Assembly (NCBI GenBank): GCA_038874075.1
Contig: JAVZDD010000006.1
Span: 1,790 to 33,789 of the forward strand
Length of the DNA stretch: 32,000 nt
Source of the DNA: Candidatus Nanoarchaeia archaeon
GTDB taxonomy: Archaea; Nanobdellota; Nanobdellia; Jingweiarchaeales; Jingweiarchaeaceae
Direction of reading: 5' to 3'
Positions 17,464-26,217 of the stretch are shown one piece after another. The stretch's first letter is position 1. Each line of letters starts with the position of its first letter. The position numbers and the translations under genes were made by a program. Under the pieces are notes generated by a model, which was not told where the DNA came from, searched no databases, and was given only the letters and a program-made list of their open reading frames with translations.

Positions 17464-18475
17464 TTTGGATCTGTTTTAATAAAATATTAGATTGTATTTT
17501 TGGTGATGGATTTAGCATGAAATCATGTAAAAGTAGTTCATTGTTTCCAGAAATAATATTTTTTCTTATTTTTCCAGTAAATAAAATTGATTTACCATAC
17601 AATTTATTAATTTTTGAATCAATTATGGAAAAATAATCTTCTATTTTATTTATTTGTTCATATAATTCTTCTATTTTTAAATCCAATAATTTTTCTGCTT
17701 TTTTTCCTATTAAAAAAGCATTTATTGTAGCAGTTCCATCGTCAATTATCATTTTGATAATTAAAACCTTTCTTGGATTTATTTCACCATCCTTGGCGCA
17801 GTATTTATTATTCATCTCATTGAGTCTACTGTTACATTTAGGACAAAAATATATAAGTGGATAGTTTTTTACTAGTCTGACAATTGAGCCAATTATTTTA
17901 TACTCTTTGTCCGGTTCTGTGTCTATCAAAAATGAAAATCTAGCGCTTACTTGTTTTGTAATAAATTTAGTTTCCTCATCGCTTGGATTTATCTCAATTT
18001 TACTTTTGGAATTAAGATGAATCTCCTTGAAACCAATTTTATTCTCTCTCGTTGTTCCTGAGATGACTTTGATTATATCTCCTTCCTTGATTTCCCCTTG
18101 CTCAATCAACTTGTTTCTATCATCCCAAATTACAACCCTTGCCTTACCTGTTTCATCACCTAACAAGAAACCTCCAACTTTACCTTTGATCTTTCCTTTT
18201 TCAAATTCTCTTGGTTTGTAAATCTTAAGAACCCTACCCATCACAACAACATCTTTAAGGCCAGGAACCAAACTCTGTATCAAAACCCTTGTCTTGATCT
18301 TTCCTTTATTTAATTTTATATTAAGTTCATTTGCGATGATTAGGGCAGCACCTTTTTCTGAAATCAAACCTGAAAGCTCTTTTACCTTGTCTTCAATCTT
18401 CTTTTTAATCTCAGATTCTAGTAATCCAGTTTTTTGTTTAATTATTTCTATTATCTCCTCAAGCGTCGGTTCCAT
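17444..18475 (-). CDS. replication protein A (RPA)-like ssDNA-binding protein
   Basis: N-terminal helical domain (..LISEKGAALIIANELNI), OB-fold-like segments (VVVMGRVLKIY..; GDIIKVISG) and a Zn ribbon CPKCNSRL..(8 aa)..CAKDGE. Confidence 0.65.
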   Translation of the reverse strand: MEPTLEEIIEIIKQKTGLLESEIKKKIEDKVKELSGLISEKGAALIIANELNIKLNKGKIKTRVLIQSLVPGLKDVVVMGRVLKIYKPREFEKGKIKGKVGGFLLGDETGKARVVIWDDRNKLIEQGEIKEGDIIKVISGTTRENKIGFKEIHLNSKSKIEINPSDEETKFITKQVSARFSFLIDTEPDKEYKIIGSIVRLVKNYPLIYFCPKCNSRLNEMNNKYCAKDGEINPRKVLIIKMIIDDGTATINAFLIGKKAEKLLDLKIEELYEQINKIEDYFSIIDSKINKLYGKSILFTGKIRKNIISGNNELLLHDFMLNPSPKIQSNILLKQIQNAEDNY

Positions 18476-18495
18476 CTTAATTCAAATAGAAAATG

Positions 18496-18510
18496 TTTTA
18501 TATAATATTT
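18496..18510. promoter_or_regulatory. candidate shared bidirectional TATA element for the divergent RPA operon and the winged-helix gene
   Basis: TTTTATATAATATTT is centred 28 nt from the RPA ATG (18475, reverse) and 22 nt from the ATG at 18525 (forward). That spacing fits leaderless or near-leaderless archaeal transcripts. Confidence 0.35.
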
Positions 18511-18524
18511 ACTATATTGAAAAA

Positions 18525-19073
18525 ATGCGTGGTAGACCTCCTGGCTCAAAGATCCGGGAAAATATTGCTTTAATATTAAATAAATTAAATGTCTCATATG
18601 GTTATGAAATATACAAGGTGTATAAGCAAGTATTTGGAAAAATCTTATTGAGAGATATTTATTATCATTTAAAAAAAGGCCAGGAACTTGGTGAATTCAT
18701 AGCAATCGAAACCAAGGTAGAACCTGGAAATTTTACTTGGGGAACACAAACAGAAAGGACATATTATACTCTGGGTCCTTTTATTCAAATAAAAATGGAT
18801 GAAAAGATTGAACAAAGGATGAGTATTTTCAAGGAAAAAGAGGTTAACATAAATTGGGAAAATGAGATTAATAAAATAATTATCTCCTTAAATGAAGAAA
18901 TTGAGAGTATTACCCAAAAAAAGATGTCTTATCTAGCAAAGAAAAATGTCCAAGATATGTTATTAAAAAAAATAGAAAAACTCAAAAAATGGGCAGAAAA
19001 TAAAATAAGCAAGGAAAAAATGATGGAAATAGAAGAATTAAAGAAAAAAGTACTTTTGATGATTTTAAGATAA
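18525..19073 (+). CDS. DNA-binding protein: N-terminal AT-hook (RGRP), PadR-like winged helix, C-terminal coiled coil
   Basis: MRGRPPGSK (AT-hook core RGRP), then SYGYEIYKVYKQVFGK..RDIYYHLKKGQELGEFI..RTYYTLGP (PadR-like wHTH pattern), then about 90 aa of K/E/I heptad-like sequence. The 18294-18524 extension in the ORF track is antisense to RPA and was dropped. Confidence 0.6.
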   Translation: MRGRPPGSKIRENIALILNKLNVSYGYEIYKVYKQVFGKILLRDIYYHLKKGQELGEFIAIETKVEPGNFTWGTQTERTYYTLGPFIQIKMDEKIEQRMSIFKEKEVNINWENEINKIIISLNEEIESITQKKMSYLAKKNVQDMLLKKIEKLKKWAENKISKEKMMEIEELKKKVLLMILR

Positions 19074-19132
19074 CCATATAACCCCTTCATTTCTCTTGGA
19101 GATTTTATTTTAATAATAATTAATTAATTTTT

Positions 19133-19219
19133 TTCCATATAGAAATAAAAAATATTAAAATTTTTCCAAAAGAAAGACTTAACTTTTCCATAAGAAATAA
19201 TAAGAGAATCCATAAGAAA
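19133..19219 (+). repeat. four direct ORB-like repeats (TTCCA-N3/4-GAAA)
   Basis: TTCCATATAGAAA 19133-19145, TTCCAAAAGAAA 19164-19175, TTCCATAAGAAA 19186-19197, ATCCATAAGAAA 19208-19219. CC-to-CC spacing is 31, 22 and 22 bp. Confidence 0.7.
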
Positions 19220-19274
19220 AAAAGGTGTCATATTTTATATATTTTCTATTATAAAAAACTTTATTAATACTTTT
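19220..19274. other. candidate duplex-unwinding element (also likely holds the cdc6 TATA box)
   Basis: It sits between the last direct repeat and the inverted repeat. The 44 bp at 19231-19274 contain only 3 G/C. Confidence 0.4.
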
Positions 19275-19284
19275 TTTCTTATGG
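19275..19284 (-). repeat. inverted copy of the ORB-like core (CCATAAGAAA)
   Basis: The plus strand TTTCTTATGG is the exact reverse complement of the 10-mer at 19188-19197 and 19210-19219. A weaker inverted copy (TCCAAGAGAAA) lies at 19090-19100. Confidence 0.6.
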
Positions 19285-19308
19285 CGTATACTTTTAAAGG
19301 GGTGCTCC

Positions 19309-20508
19309 ATGAATAAAGTTCAAGAATATTTTGAAAATTTTTTAAACAAAAAATCTTTGTTTCTGAATAAAGAAGTTCTTTCAATTAAATATATACCTGA
19401 TCAAATATTACATCGTGATTTAGAAATAAAACAATTGAGTGAAATTCTTGCTCCTTCACTTAAAAATGAAAAACCTTCTAATATATTTATTTATGGTAAG
19501 ACAGGTACTGGTAAGACTGTGATTACAAAATATGTTTGTTCACAGCTTTATGAAATTGCAAAGAAGAGGAATATACCTATTTCTGTGGTATACATTAATT
19601 GTAAAATGAAAAAGATTACAGATACAGAGTATAGATTGATTTCACAATTAACCAAAGAGTTCGGTAAGGAAGTACCTTATACTGGATTACCAACAAATGA
19701 AGTATATAAAATGTTTTTTGAGGTGATTGATAAAAAAAATCAAGTAATTATACTAATATTGGATGAAATAGATAACTTAATAAAAAAATGTGGTGATGAA
19801 ATTCTTTATAACTTAACAAGGGTGAACTCCGAATTAAAAAATGCCAAGATTACTATTGTTGGAATAACAAACGATGTGACATTCATAAATGAATTGGATC
19901 CAAGGGTAAGAAGTTCACTAAATGAAGAGGAAATAGTTTTTCAACCATACGATGCACTCCAACTCAAAGATATCCTACTGGAAAGAGCAAGATTGGCATT
20001 CGAACCAAATGTGATTTCAGAATCTGTCATTTCAAAGTGCGCAGCATATGCTGCGAGAGAACATGGTGATGCAAGAAGAGCAATTGAGTTATTAAGAGTA
20101 GCAGCTGAGATTGCAGAGAGAGATGGCAGTTCCATGATAGAAGAAAAACATGTGGATCTAGCTGATGAAAAGATTGAACTTGATAAAGTGATAGAAATTG
20201 TGAAGAAATTACCAAAACAATCTCAAGTACTTCTATATTCAATTATTCTTATAAATAAGAATAAAGGTTTGATTTATACAGGAGAAGTCTATGATGTTTA
20301 TAAAAATATCTGCTCTGAAGCAAAAGTTAATGAACTAACACAAAGGAGACTCTCAGACTTAATCGCAGAGCTTGATCTTCTAGGTATAATAAAAACAAGA
20401 TTGATAAGTAAGGGTAGATATGGAAAAATGAGAGAGATATCTTTAATGATAGGTAAAGACACAATAAATAAAATAGAAGGAATAATTAAAGAACAACTTG
20501 GTATTTAG
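19309..20508 (+). CDS. cdc6: Orc1/Cdc6 replication initiator
   Basis: AAA+ Walker A GKTGTGKT, Walker B ILILDEID, sensor region ITND..RVRSSL, GDARRAIELLR and a C-terminal winged helix (LTQRRLSDLIAELDLLGII). GGGGTG Shine-Dalgarno-like element upstream. Confidence 0.92.
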   Translation: MNKVQEYFENFLNKKSLFLNKEVLSIKYIPDQILHRDLEIKQLSEILAPSLKNEKPSNIFIYGKTGTGKTVITKYVCSQLYEIAKKRNIPISVVYINCKMKKITDTEYRLISQLTKEFGKEVPYTGLPTNEVYKMFFEVIDKKNQVIILILDEIDNLIKKCGDEILYNLTRVNSELKNAKITIVGITNDVTFINELDPRVRSSLNEEEIVFQPYDALQLKDILLERARLAFEPNVISESVISKCAAYAAREHGDARRAIELLRVAAEIAERDGSSMIEEKHVDLADEKIELDKVIEIVKKLPKQSQVLLYSIILINKNKGLIYTGEVYDVYKNICSEAKVNELTQRRLSDLIAELDLLGIIKTRLISKGRYGKMREISLMIGKDTINKIEGIIKEQLGI

Positions 20509-20521
20509 ATTTGGTGTTAGA

Positions 20522-21997
20522 ATGTCAGAGATCATAAAGAAGTTTGCTGAGAAAGGTTTTTTAATTTCTCCCACGCTTGTCCCTAAAATCACAGATCATA
20601 CAAAGTTCTTGGATTTTCTAGAAACTAACTTCAAAAATAAGATTTCTGTTGTGACAGAAGAGATATATAAAAATTTTGTTAGTGGATGTTTAACATTCAC
20701 AAAAAATAATAAAGATGTTAAAATTGTTAAAGAGAGGGAGGTCAAACAAGACGGGTCAAAGGTGGAAATAACAAAGATATACGAACACGAAAATAAGAAA
20801 AGAGATATAAGTGATTGGGTGGGATACTACAACAGTAGGTTTGAACAGATTAAAAACTTCCTTTATCACAGAATTGAATTACAAGGTGCAATATCCATCA
20901 ATCGACTTATTTCAAGAGATATGAAAGAGCTAGCAACAATTGCCATGGTTAAATCAATATCAAAGTCAAAGTTTGGCAATTTTATCATTGAATTAGAAGA
21001 TACTACAGGTGTAATCAAAGGAGTTGTAAGTAAAAATTCACCATGTATACAGAAGGTTGAAGAGCTTGTAGAAGATGAGGTAATAGGTGTTTTGGGTTCA
21101 AAATCAAGGGAGATGATCTTTATTCAAGATATCATATTTCCAGATATCCCAGAAAAAGAGACCAAGAAATGTAATGAAGAGGTTTATGCTTGTTTTATTG
21201 CAGATACGCATGTTGGTTCCAAGATGTTTTTATCGAGCGCTTTTGACAGATTCTTAAAATGGTTAAATTTGGAATTGGGTGATGAAAAACAAAAAGAAAT
21301 TGCCAAAAAAATAAGATACTTATTTGTTGTTGGAGATCTTGTTGATGGTGTAGGTATATATCCTGAACAGGAGAATGAATTGTTAATTAAAGATATCTAT
21401 CAACAGTATGAAGAATTCGCGAAACTTATTCAAAGAGTACCAGAGAGAATTAGTGTGATCATTTCACCAGGAAACCATGATGCGTTGCGCATAGCTGAAC
21501 CACAACATGCACTTTATGATGATATTGCAAAGCCAGTTTATCAGCTTCCAAATGTGATAATGACTTCAAATCCAAGCTACGTAAGGATACACGCAATTGA
21601 TGATTTTCCAGGATTTGATGTACTTCTTTATCATGGCTATAGTTTAGATTATTTTGTTGCAAATGTGCCTAAATTGAGGAGATATGGATACGAGAGGGCT
21701 GATCTATTAATGAAATTTTTATTGAGAAAAAGACATCTAGCACCGACACATGGTTCAACCTTGTTTGCACCAATGCAGAACGATTTTCTTGTGATAGATA
21801 AAGTACCAGACATATTTGCAACAGCACACATACATAAAGCAAGAGTTGGATGTTATAGGAATGTGATAAATATTTGTTGTTCTTGTTGGCAAGATCGAAC
21901 GGTATTTCAAGAAAGAGTTGGACATGTACCAGAACCAGGGAGGGTCCCAATCTTCAATCTTAAAACAAGAGAAGTGAAGATGATGAGGTTCATATGA
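20522..21997 (+). CDS. polB: DNA polymerase D (Pol II) small subunit DP1
   Basis: OB-fold middle part and a C-terminal calcineurin-like PDE domain with IADTHVGS, VVGDLVDGVG, SPGNHDA, YHGYS and TAHIHKA. ATG at 20522 preferred to the TTG at 20498. Confidence 0.9.
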   Translation: MSEIIKKFAEKGFLISPTLVPKITDHTKFLDFLETNFKNKISVVTEEIYKNFVSGCLTFTKNNKDVKIVKEREVKQDGSKVEITKIYEHENKKRDISDWVGYYNSRFEQIKNFLYHRIELQGAISINRLISRDMKELATIAMVKSISKSKFGNFIIELEDTTGVIKGVVSKNSPCIQKVEELVEDEVIGVLGSKSREMIFIQDIIFPDIPEKETKKCNEEVYACFIADTHVGSKMFLSSAFDRFLKWLNLELGDEKQKEIAKKIRYLFVVGDLVDGVGIYPEQENELLIKDIYQQYEEFAKLIQRVPERISVIISPGNHDALRIAEPQHALYDDIAKPVYQLPNVIMTSNPSYVRIHAIDDFPGFDVLLYHGYSLDYFVANVPKLRRYGYERADLLMKFLLRKRHLAPTHGSTLFAPMQNDFLVIDKVPDIFATAHIHKARVGCYRNVINICCSCWQDRTVFQERVGHVPEPGRVPIFNLKTREVKMMRFI

Positions 21998-22059
21998 TTG
22001 GTATTTTTATTGTTTAAAGTAAATAAAAACTTATATAGAGGCTTTTTCTTTTTTTGCTC

Positions 22060-25000
22060 ATGCCAATTGCTTCTGAAGAAATGCAAGGATATTTTAGTGA
22101 AATAGAGAGTAAAGTAAAAACAGCATATGAAATTGCACAAAAAGCAAGGAGTCTCGGTCTTGATCCTGAAGACTTTGTAGATATTCCTCTAGCAAGGGAC
22201 TTGTCAGAGAGAGTTGAAGGATTGGTTGCAGTTCTAAAACCAGAGATAAAGGGCACAGGATTGTCACAAAGGATTAGAGAGATAGAGAAAGAGTTCAAGC
22301 CAAATGATTGGAGAGTTGCATTGAAGATAGCAGAAGAGGTTGCAAGGGGGAAGTTTTGTTCATTTAATGACTTAAGAGAAGCAATGGAACTTGGAATAAG
22401 GGTTGCATTGGCTTATGTTACACTTGGTATTGTCTCCGCGCCATTGGAAGGTTTTGTTGAACTCCAAATTAAAAAAAGGATGGATGGTGGTAATTATGTT
22501 GCTTGTTTTTTCTCTGGCCCAATAAGGGCAGCTGGAGGAACTGCTGCTGCATTTACTGTGATTGTTGCTGATTACCTGAGAAGAGTTTTTGGGTTTGATA
22601 AGTATGATCCGACAAATGAAGAAATAGAAAGATATGTGACTGAGATTGATGATTATCACCGGGTGTTGGCAAGGTTGCAATATTTACCGATTAAGGAAGA
22701 AATTAGTTTTTTAGTATCACATATTCCAATTGAAATCACAGGAGACCCAACATCTGATAGAGAAGTATCTAATTATAAAGACCTAAAGAGAGTTGGTACA
22801 AATAGGATAAGAGGAGGAATGTGTTTAGTTCTTTGTGAAGGTGTTGCTCAGAAAGCAAAAAAAATATTGAAAGAGATAAAAAGTTGGGGAAAAGATTTTT
22901 TCTTAGATGAATGGGTGTTTCTCCAAGATTACTTGGAAATTCAGAAAAAAGCACATACAAAGGAGATAGAAACAAATTCAAAGATAAAACCAGATTTTAG
23001 ATTCATAGAAGAGTCAGTTGCAGGGAGACCCGTGTTCTCTTTTCCACTAGCGAGAGGGGGTTTTAGATTGAGGTATGGAAGGAGTAGAGTCAGTGGTTTG
23101 GCCGCATGTTCAATCCACCCTGCCACAATGCGCATATTGGATGATTTCATTGCTATAGGTTCGCAATTAAGAGTTGAGAGACCAGGAAAAGCATGTGCAA
23201 TTACTGTTTGTGATACGATCGAAGGACCAGTTGTCAAATTGAAAGATGGAAGTGTAATTAGAGTAGAGAATGAATTACAAGCACTTGAAATCAAAGATAA
23301 GATTGTTGAAATCCTTTTCTTAGGGGATATACTTGTTAGCTATGGAGATTTTTTAGAACAGAACCACGTACTTGTTCCATCCGGATATGTTGAAGAGTGG
23401 TGGATTCAAGAACTAGAGGAAAAAGCAAAGGATAAAGTTGATATAAAAACTTTAAAAGATAGAATTACAAAGATTGGGGCTGAGGAAGCAGTGAAATTTT
23501 CCTTAGAGTATAACATTCCTTTACACCCACGTTACACATATTTTTGGAACAACATCGACAATAGTCTGTTATTTTACCTTCTAAATAAGCTCCAAACCAA
23601 TTCTTCGATTTTCGAAAATGAGATTTATGTAGAAGGGGATGATAAAGTTAAACGCGCCTTGGAATTGATATGTATACCTCATAAGTACAAAGAAAGGAAA
23701 ATTTTGATTGAAGGTGATGATGCAGTTGCATTTCTTTATTCAATTGGATTTCTTCCGGATAAAACGTGGAAAATGAAGGAAGCACTTGAATTCAAAGACA
23801 AAGATATACTCACAATTCTAAACTCAATTTCAAAAATAAAGATAAGAGATAAAGCCCCAATTACGATTGGTGCCAGATTGGGTAGACCGGAAAAAGCAAA
23901 ATTAAGGAAATTAAAGGGAAGCCCACAGGTTTTGTTTCCAGTTGGGAACCAAGGAGGGAGGATGAGAAGTTTTAATGAAGCAATTAATAAAGGTTATGTT
24001 GAAGCAGAGTTTCCCATATTTTTTTGTGAGAAGTGTAACATCAAAACAATATATACTCATTGCGAGATCTGTGGTGAAAAAACGAAAGAATACAAAGTAT
24101 GTCAAAAATGTAAGAGATACACACAGTTAAATACACATTGCGGAATGCCAACAAGAGCATTTGAGAGAAGAAAGATTGAAATTAAAGATGAGATTGAGCG
24201 TGCATTAAAGAACTTAAATGTTGAGCTTCCAGAATTAGTTAAAGGAGTAAGAGGAACATCAAACAAGAAGCGGATACCTGAAAGAATTGAAAAGGGAATT
24301 TTGAGAGCGATACATGATCTATACGTAAATAAAGATGGGACGATTAGATTTGACATCATTGAAGCACCCATCACACATTTTAAGCCGAAAGAGATAGGAA
24401 CGAGTATTGATAAATTAAGGGAACTTGGATACAAAAAAGATATTTTTGGCAATGAAATCGTGAGTGATGAACAGGTAATTGAATTGAAACCACAAGATGT
24501 GATTCTTCCTGATTGTGAAGAATGGGAGGGTGCAAGTGCATCTGATGCATTGATGAAGATATGTAATTTTATCGATGATCTTCTCATTAGATTTTACAAA
24601 CTTGAGCCTTTTTACAACATCAAATCCAAGGGTGACCTTGTTGGTCACTTAATCATTGGATTAGCGCCACACACAAGTGCCGGTATTGTTGGGAGGATTA
24701 TCGGATTTTCGAAAACACAAGCATATTTTGCACATCCTTATTTCCATGCAGCGATGAGGAGAAACTGTGATGGTGATGAAGCTTGCTTCATTCTCCTATT
24801 AGATGCATTATTAAACTTCTCACACCAATTTCTTCCCGCAACAAGAGGAGCATCAACGATGGATGCACCACTTGTATTGACAACAATTCTTGATCCGATA
24901 GAAGTTGACAAGGAAGTGCACAACATGGACGTAGTCAACATTTATCCGCTTGAATTTTATGAAGCGACACTTAATTGGAGAGATCCAAATGAAGTGAAAA

Positions 25001-25521
25001 TAAACAAAGTTCAGGATAGATTGAAAACTGAATTGCAATATGAGGGATTAATGTACACGCATGATGTTTCTGATATAAATGCTGGTGCGAGAGTCTCATC
25101 ATACAAGACACTCGTGACAATGATAGATAAAGTTGAGAAGCAAATGGCTCTAGCTGAAAAGATCTTAGCTGTTAATAAATGTGATGTAGCCAGGATCATC
25201 ATTGAAAAGCACTTCTTGAAAGATATCAAAGGAAATTTAAGAGAATTTTCAAAGCAAGAGTTTAGGTGTATTGATTGTAATGAAAAGTATCGTAGAATAC
25301 CATTAAGTGGCAAGTGTTTGAAATGTGGAGGAAAACTAGTGCTCACAGTGGCCGAGGGTACAGTAAGCAAATACTTAGATATTTCCTTGTCACTTGCAGA
25401 GCGATACAATTTACCTTCCTATTTAAGACAAACGTTGGAGATAATAAAAAGGAGAGTTGAATCAATATTTGGCAAGGAAAAAGAGAAGCAAACATTACTT
25501 AACTCTTATGCAAAATCATAG
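22060..25521 (+). CDS. polC: DNA polymerase D (Pol II) large subunit DP2
   Basis: About 1150 aa with the catalytic NCDGDE motif (MRRNCDGDEACF), internal Zn fingers CEKCN..CEICGE..CQKCK and a C-terminal CIDCNEKY..CLKCGGKL. No intein-sized insertion. ATG at 22060 preferred to the TTG at 22054. Confidence 0.93.
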   Translation: MPIASEEMQGYFSEIESKVKTAYEIAQKARSLGLDPEDFVDIPLARDLSERVEGLVAVLKPEIKGTGLSQRIREIEKEFKPNDWRVALKIAEEVARGKFCSFNDLREAMELGIRVALAYVTLGIVSAPLEGFVELQIKKRMDGGNYVACFFSGPIRAAGGTAAAFTVIVADYLRRVFGFDKYDPTNEEIERYVTEIDDYHRVLARLQYLPIKEEISFLVSHIPIEITGDPTSDREVSNYKDLKRVGTNRIRGGMCLVLCEGVAQKAKKILKEIKSWGKDFFLDEWVFLQDYLEIQKKAHTKEIETNSKIKPDFRFIEESVAGRPVFSFPLARGGFRLRYGRSRVSGLAACSIHPATMRILDDFIAIGSQLRVERPGKACAITVCDTIEGPVVKLKDGSVIRVENELQALEIKDKIVEILFLGDILVSYGDFLEQNHVLVPSGYVEEWWIQELEEKAKDKVDIKTLKDRITKIGAEEAVKFSLEYNIPLHPRYTYFWNNIDNSLLFYLLNKLQTNSSIFENEIYVEGDDKVKRALELICIPHKYKERKILIEGDDAVAFLYSIGFLPDKTWKMKEALEFKDKDILTILNSISKIKIRDKAPITIGARLGRPEKAKLRKLKGSPQVLFPVGNQGGRMRSFNEAINKGYVEAEFPIFFCEKCNIKTIYTHCEICGEKTKEYKVCQKCKRYTQLNTHCGMPTRAFERRKIEIKDEIERALKNLNVELPELVKGVRGTSNKKRIPERIEKGILRAIHDLYVNKDGTIRFDIIEAPITHFKPKEIGTSIDKLRELGYKKDIFGNEIVSDEQVIELKPQDVILPDCEEWEGASASDALMKICNFIDDLLIRFYKLEPFYNIKSKGDLVGHLIIGLAPHTSAGIVGRIIGFSKTQAYFAHPYFHAAMRRNCDGDEACFILLLDALLNFSHQFLPATRGASTMDAPLVLTTILDPIEVDKEVHNMDVVNIYPLEFYEATLNWRDPNEVKINKVQDRLKTELQYEGLMYTHDVSDINAGARVSSYKTLVTMIDKVEKQMALAEKILAVNKCDVARIIIEKHFLKDIKGNLREFSKQEFRCIDCNEKYRRIPLSGKCLKCGGKLVLTVAEGTVSKYLDISLSLAERYNLPSYLRQTLEIIKRRVESIFGKEKEKQTLLNSYAKS

Positions 25522-25533
25522 TAGAAGCAAAAA

Positions 25534-26217
25534 ATGTTGAGAGAAGATTTGAAGGAAAAACAAAAGAAAAAATTAATTGCATTACAGATACAAAGACAAG
25601 TGCAAATACAGAAACAGAAAGAATTTTTCTTAATATTTTCTTTTATATTGACTGGTGTGATCGGTAGAATTGCTTTACAGAGTATACCTAGTGTTGAACC
25701 AATTACAGCAATCGCAATCCTTTCTGGTATTTTATTTGGAAAAAAGAAAGGCGCATTTGTAGGGGCTTCAAGCTTCTATCTCTCAAATTTTTTTGTTTTT
25801 GGTGGGCAAGGCCCTTGGACTTTTTTTCAAGTTTTGGGTGCTGGGATTGCAGGTTATCTCGGCGGCTTGGTAAGGAGGAATAGAATATTATCAATTCTTA
25901 TTATAACAATAATCGCTACAATTTTATATGAAGCAATTGTTAATCTTACAGGTTTATTTTTTGTTGGCCTTCATTTACTTCCAATTTATTATCTTACAAG
26001 TTTACCATTCTCAATCACTCATTTAATCTCAAACATATTTTTTGTATTGGGGGTGCCGAAATTTGCGAAGTGGATCGAAGCTAAGACAAAGTTTAAAGAG
26101 ATTGAAGACAAAGTATCTACCTTATTTTTTGAGCATAGTGGTAATAACCATACTATTTTTAATTTTTGGAGGAGAACACACAGGAAAGACCATAGTAATA
26201 GGAGAGAGACAAATTAA
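25534..26217 (+). CDS. six-TM membrane protein, ECF S-component-like (tentative)
   Basis: K/Q-rich N-terminus, then GRIALQSIPSVEPITAIAILSGILFG..GASSFYLSNFFVFGGQGPWTFFQVLGAGIAGYLGG. This resembles the solitary or ECF-type substrate-binding component pattern. No ECF A/T genes are in the window. Confidence 0.4.
   Translation: MLREDLKEKQKKKLIALQIQRQVQIQKQKEFFLIFSFILTGVIGRIALQSIPSVEPITAIAILSGILFGKKKGAFVGASSFYLSNFFVFGGQGPWTFFQVLGAGIAGYLGGLVRRNRILSILIITIIATILYEAIVNLTGLFFVGLHLLPIYYLTSLPFSITHLISNIFFVLGVPKFAKWIEAKTKFKEIEDKVSTLFFEHSGNNHTIFNFWRRTHRKDHSNRRETN

Larger units (their letters stand above)
19084..19308. other. putative chromosomal replication origin (oriC)
   Basis: This lies in the largest non-coding gap in the window. 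It holds four direct and one to two inverted ORB-like repeats plus an AT-rich tract, directly upstream of orc1/cdc6. Confidence 0.6.

Noticed and set aside
18294-18524. N-terminal extension of the 18294-19073 ORF (the 259-aa version)
   Set aside because: The extension is antisense to the RPA gene's N-terminus, is low-complexity (S/I/F-rich) and begins at a non-ATG codon. The ATG at 18525 gives a sensible AT-hook/wHTH N-terminus behind a TATA element.
19133-19284. Could the short repeats be a CRISPR array or a mobile-element terminus?
   Set aside because: The repeats are only about 12 bp, degenerate, spaced 22-31 bp apart and include inverted copies. No cas, transposase or integrase genes are nearby. 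Their position upstream of cdc6 fits ORB elements much better.
19281-19316. An 11-codon upstream ORF (ATGGCGTATACTTTTAAAGGGGTGCTCCATGAATAA) overlapping the cdc6 start
   Set aside because: Its ATG is part of the inverted ORB-like repeat, it has no Shine-Dalgarno element, and it is too short to evaluate. It is most likely fortuitous.
22060-25521. Inteins or insertions in DP2, Cdc6 or other replication proteins
   Set aside because: Protein lengths are family-typical. Conserved motifs are contiguous, with no intein-like block (Cys/Ser..HN-Cys) interrupting them.
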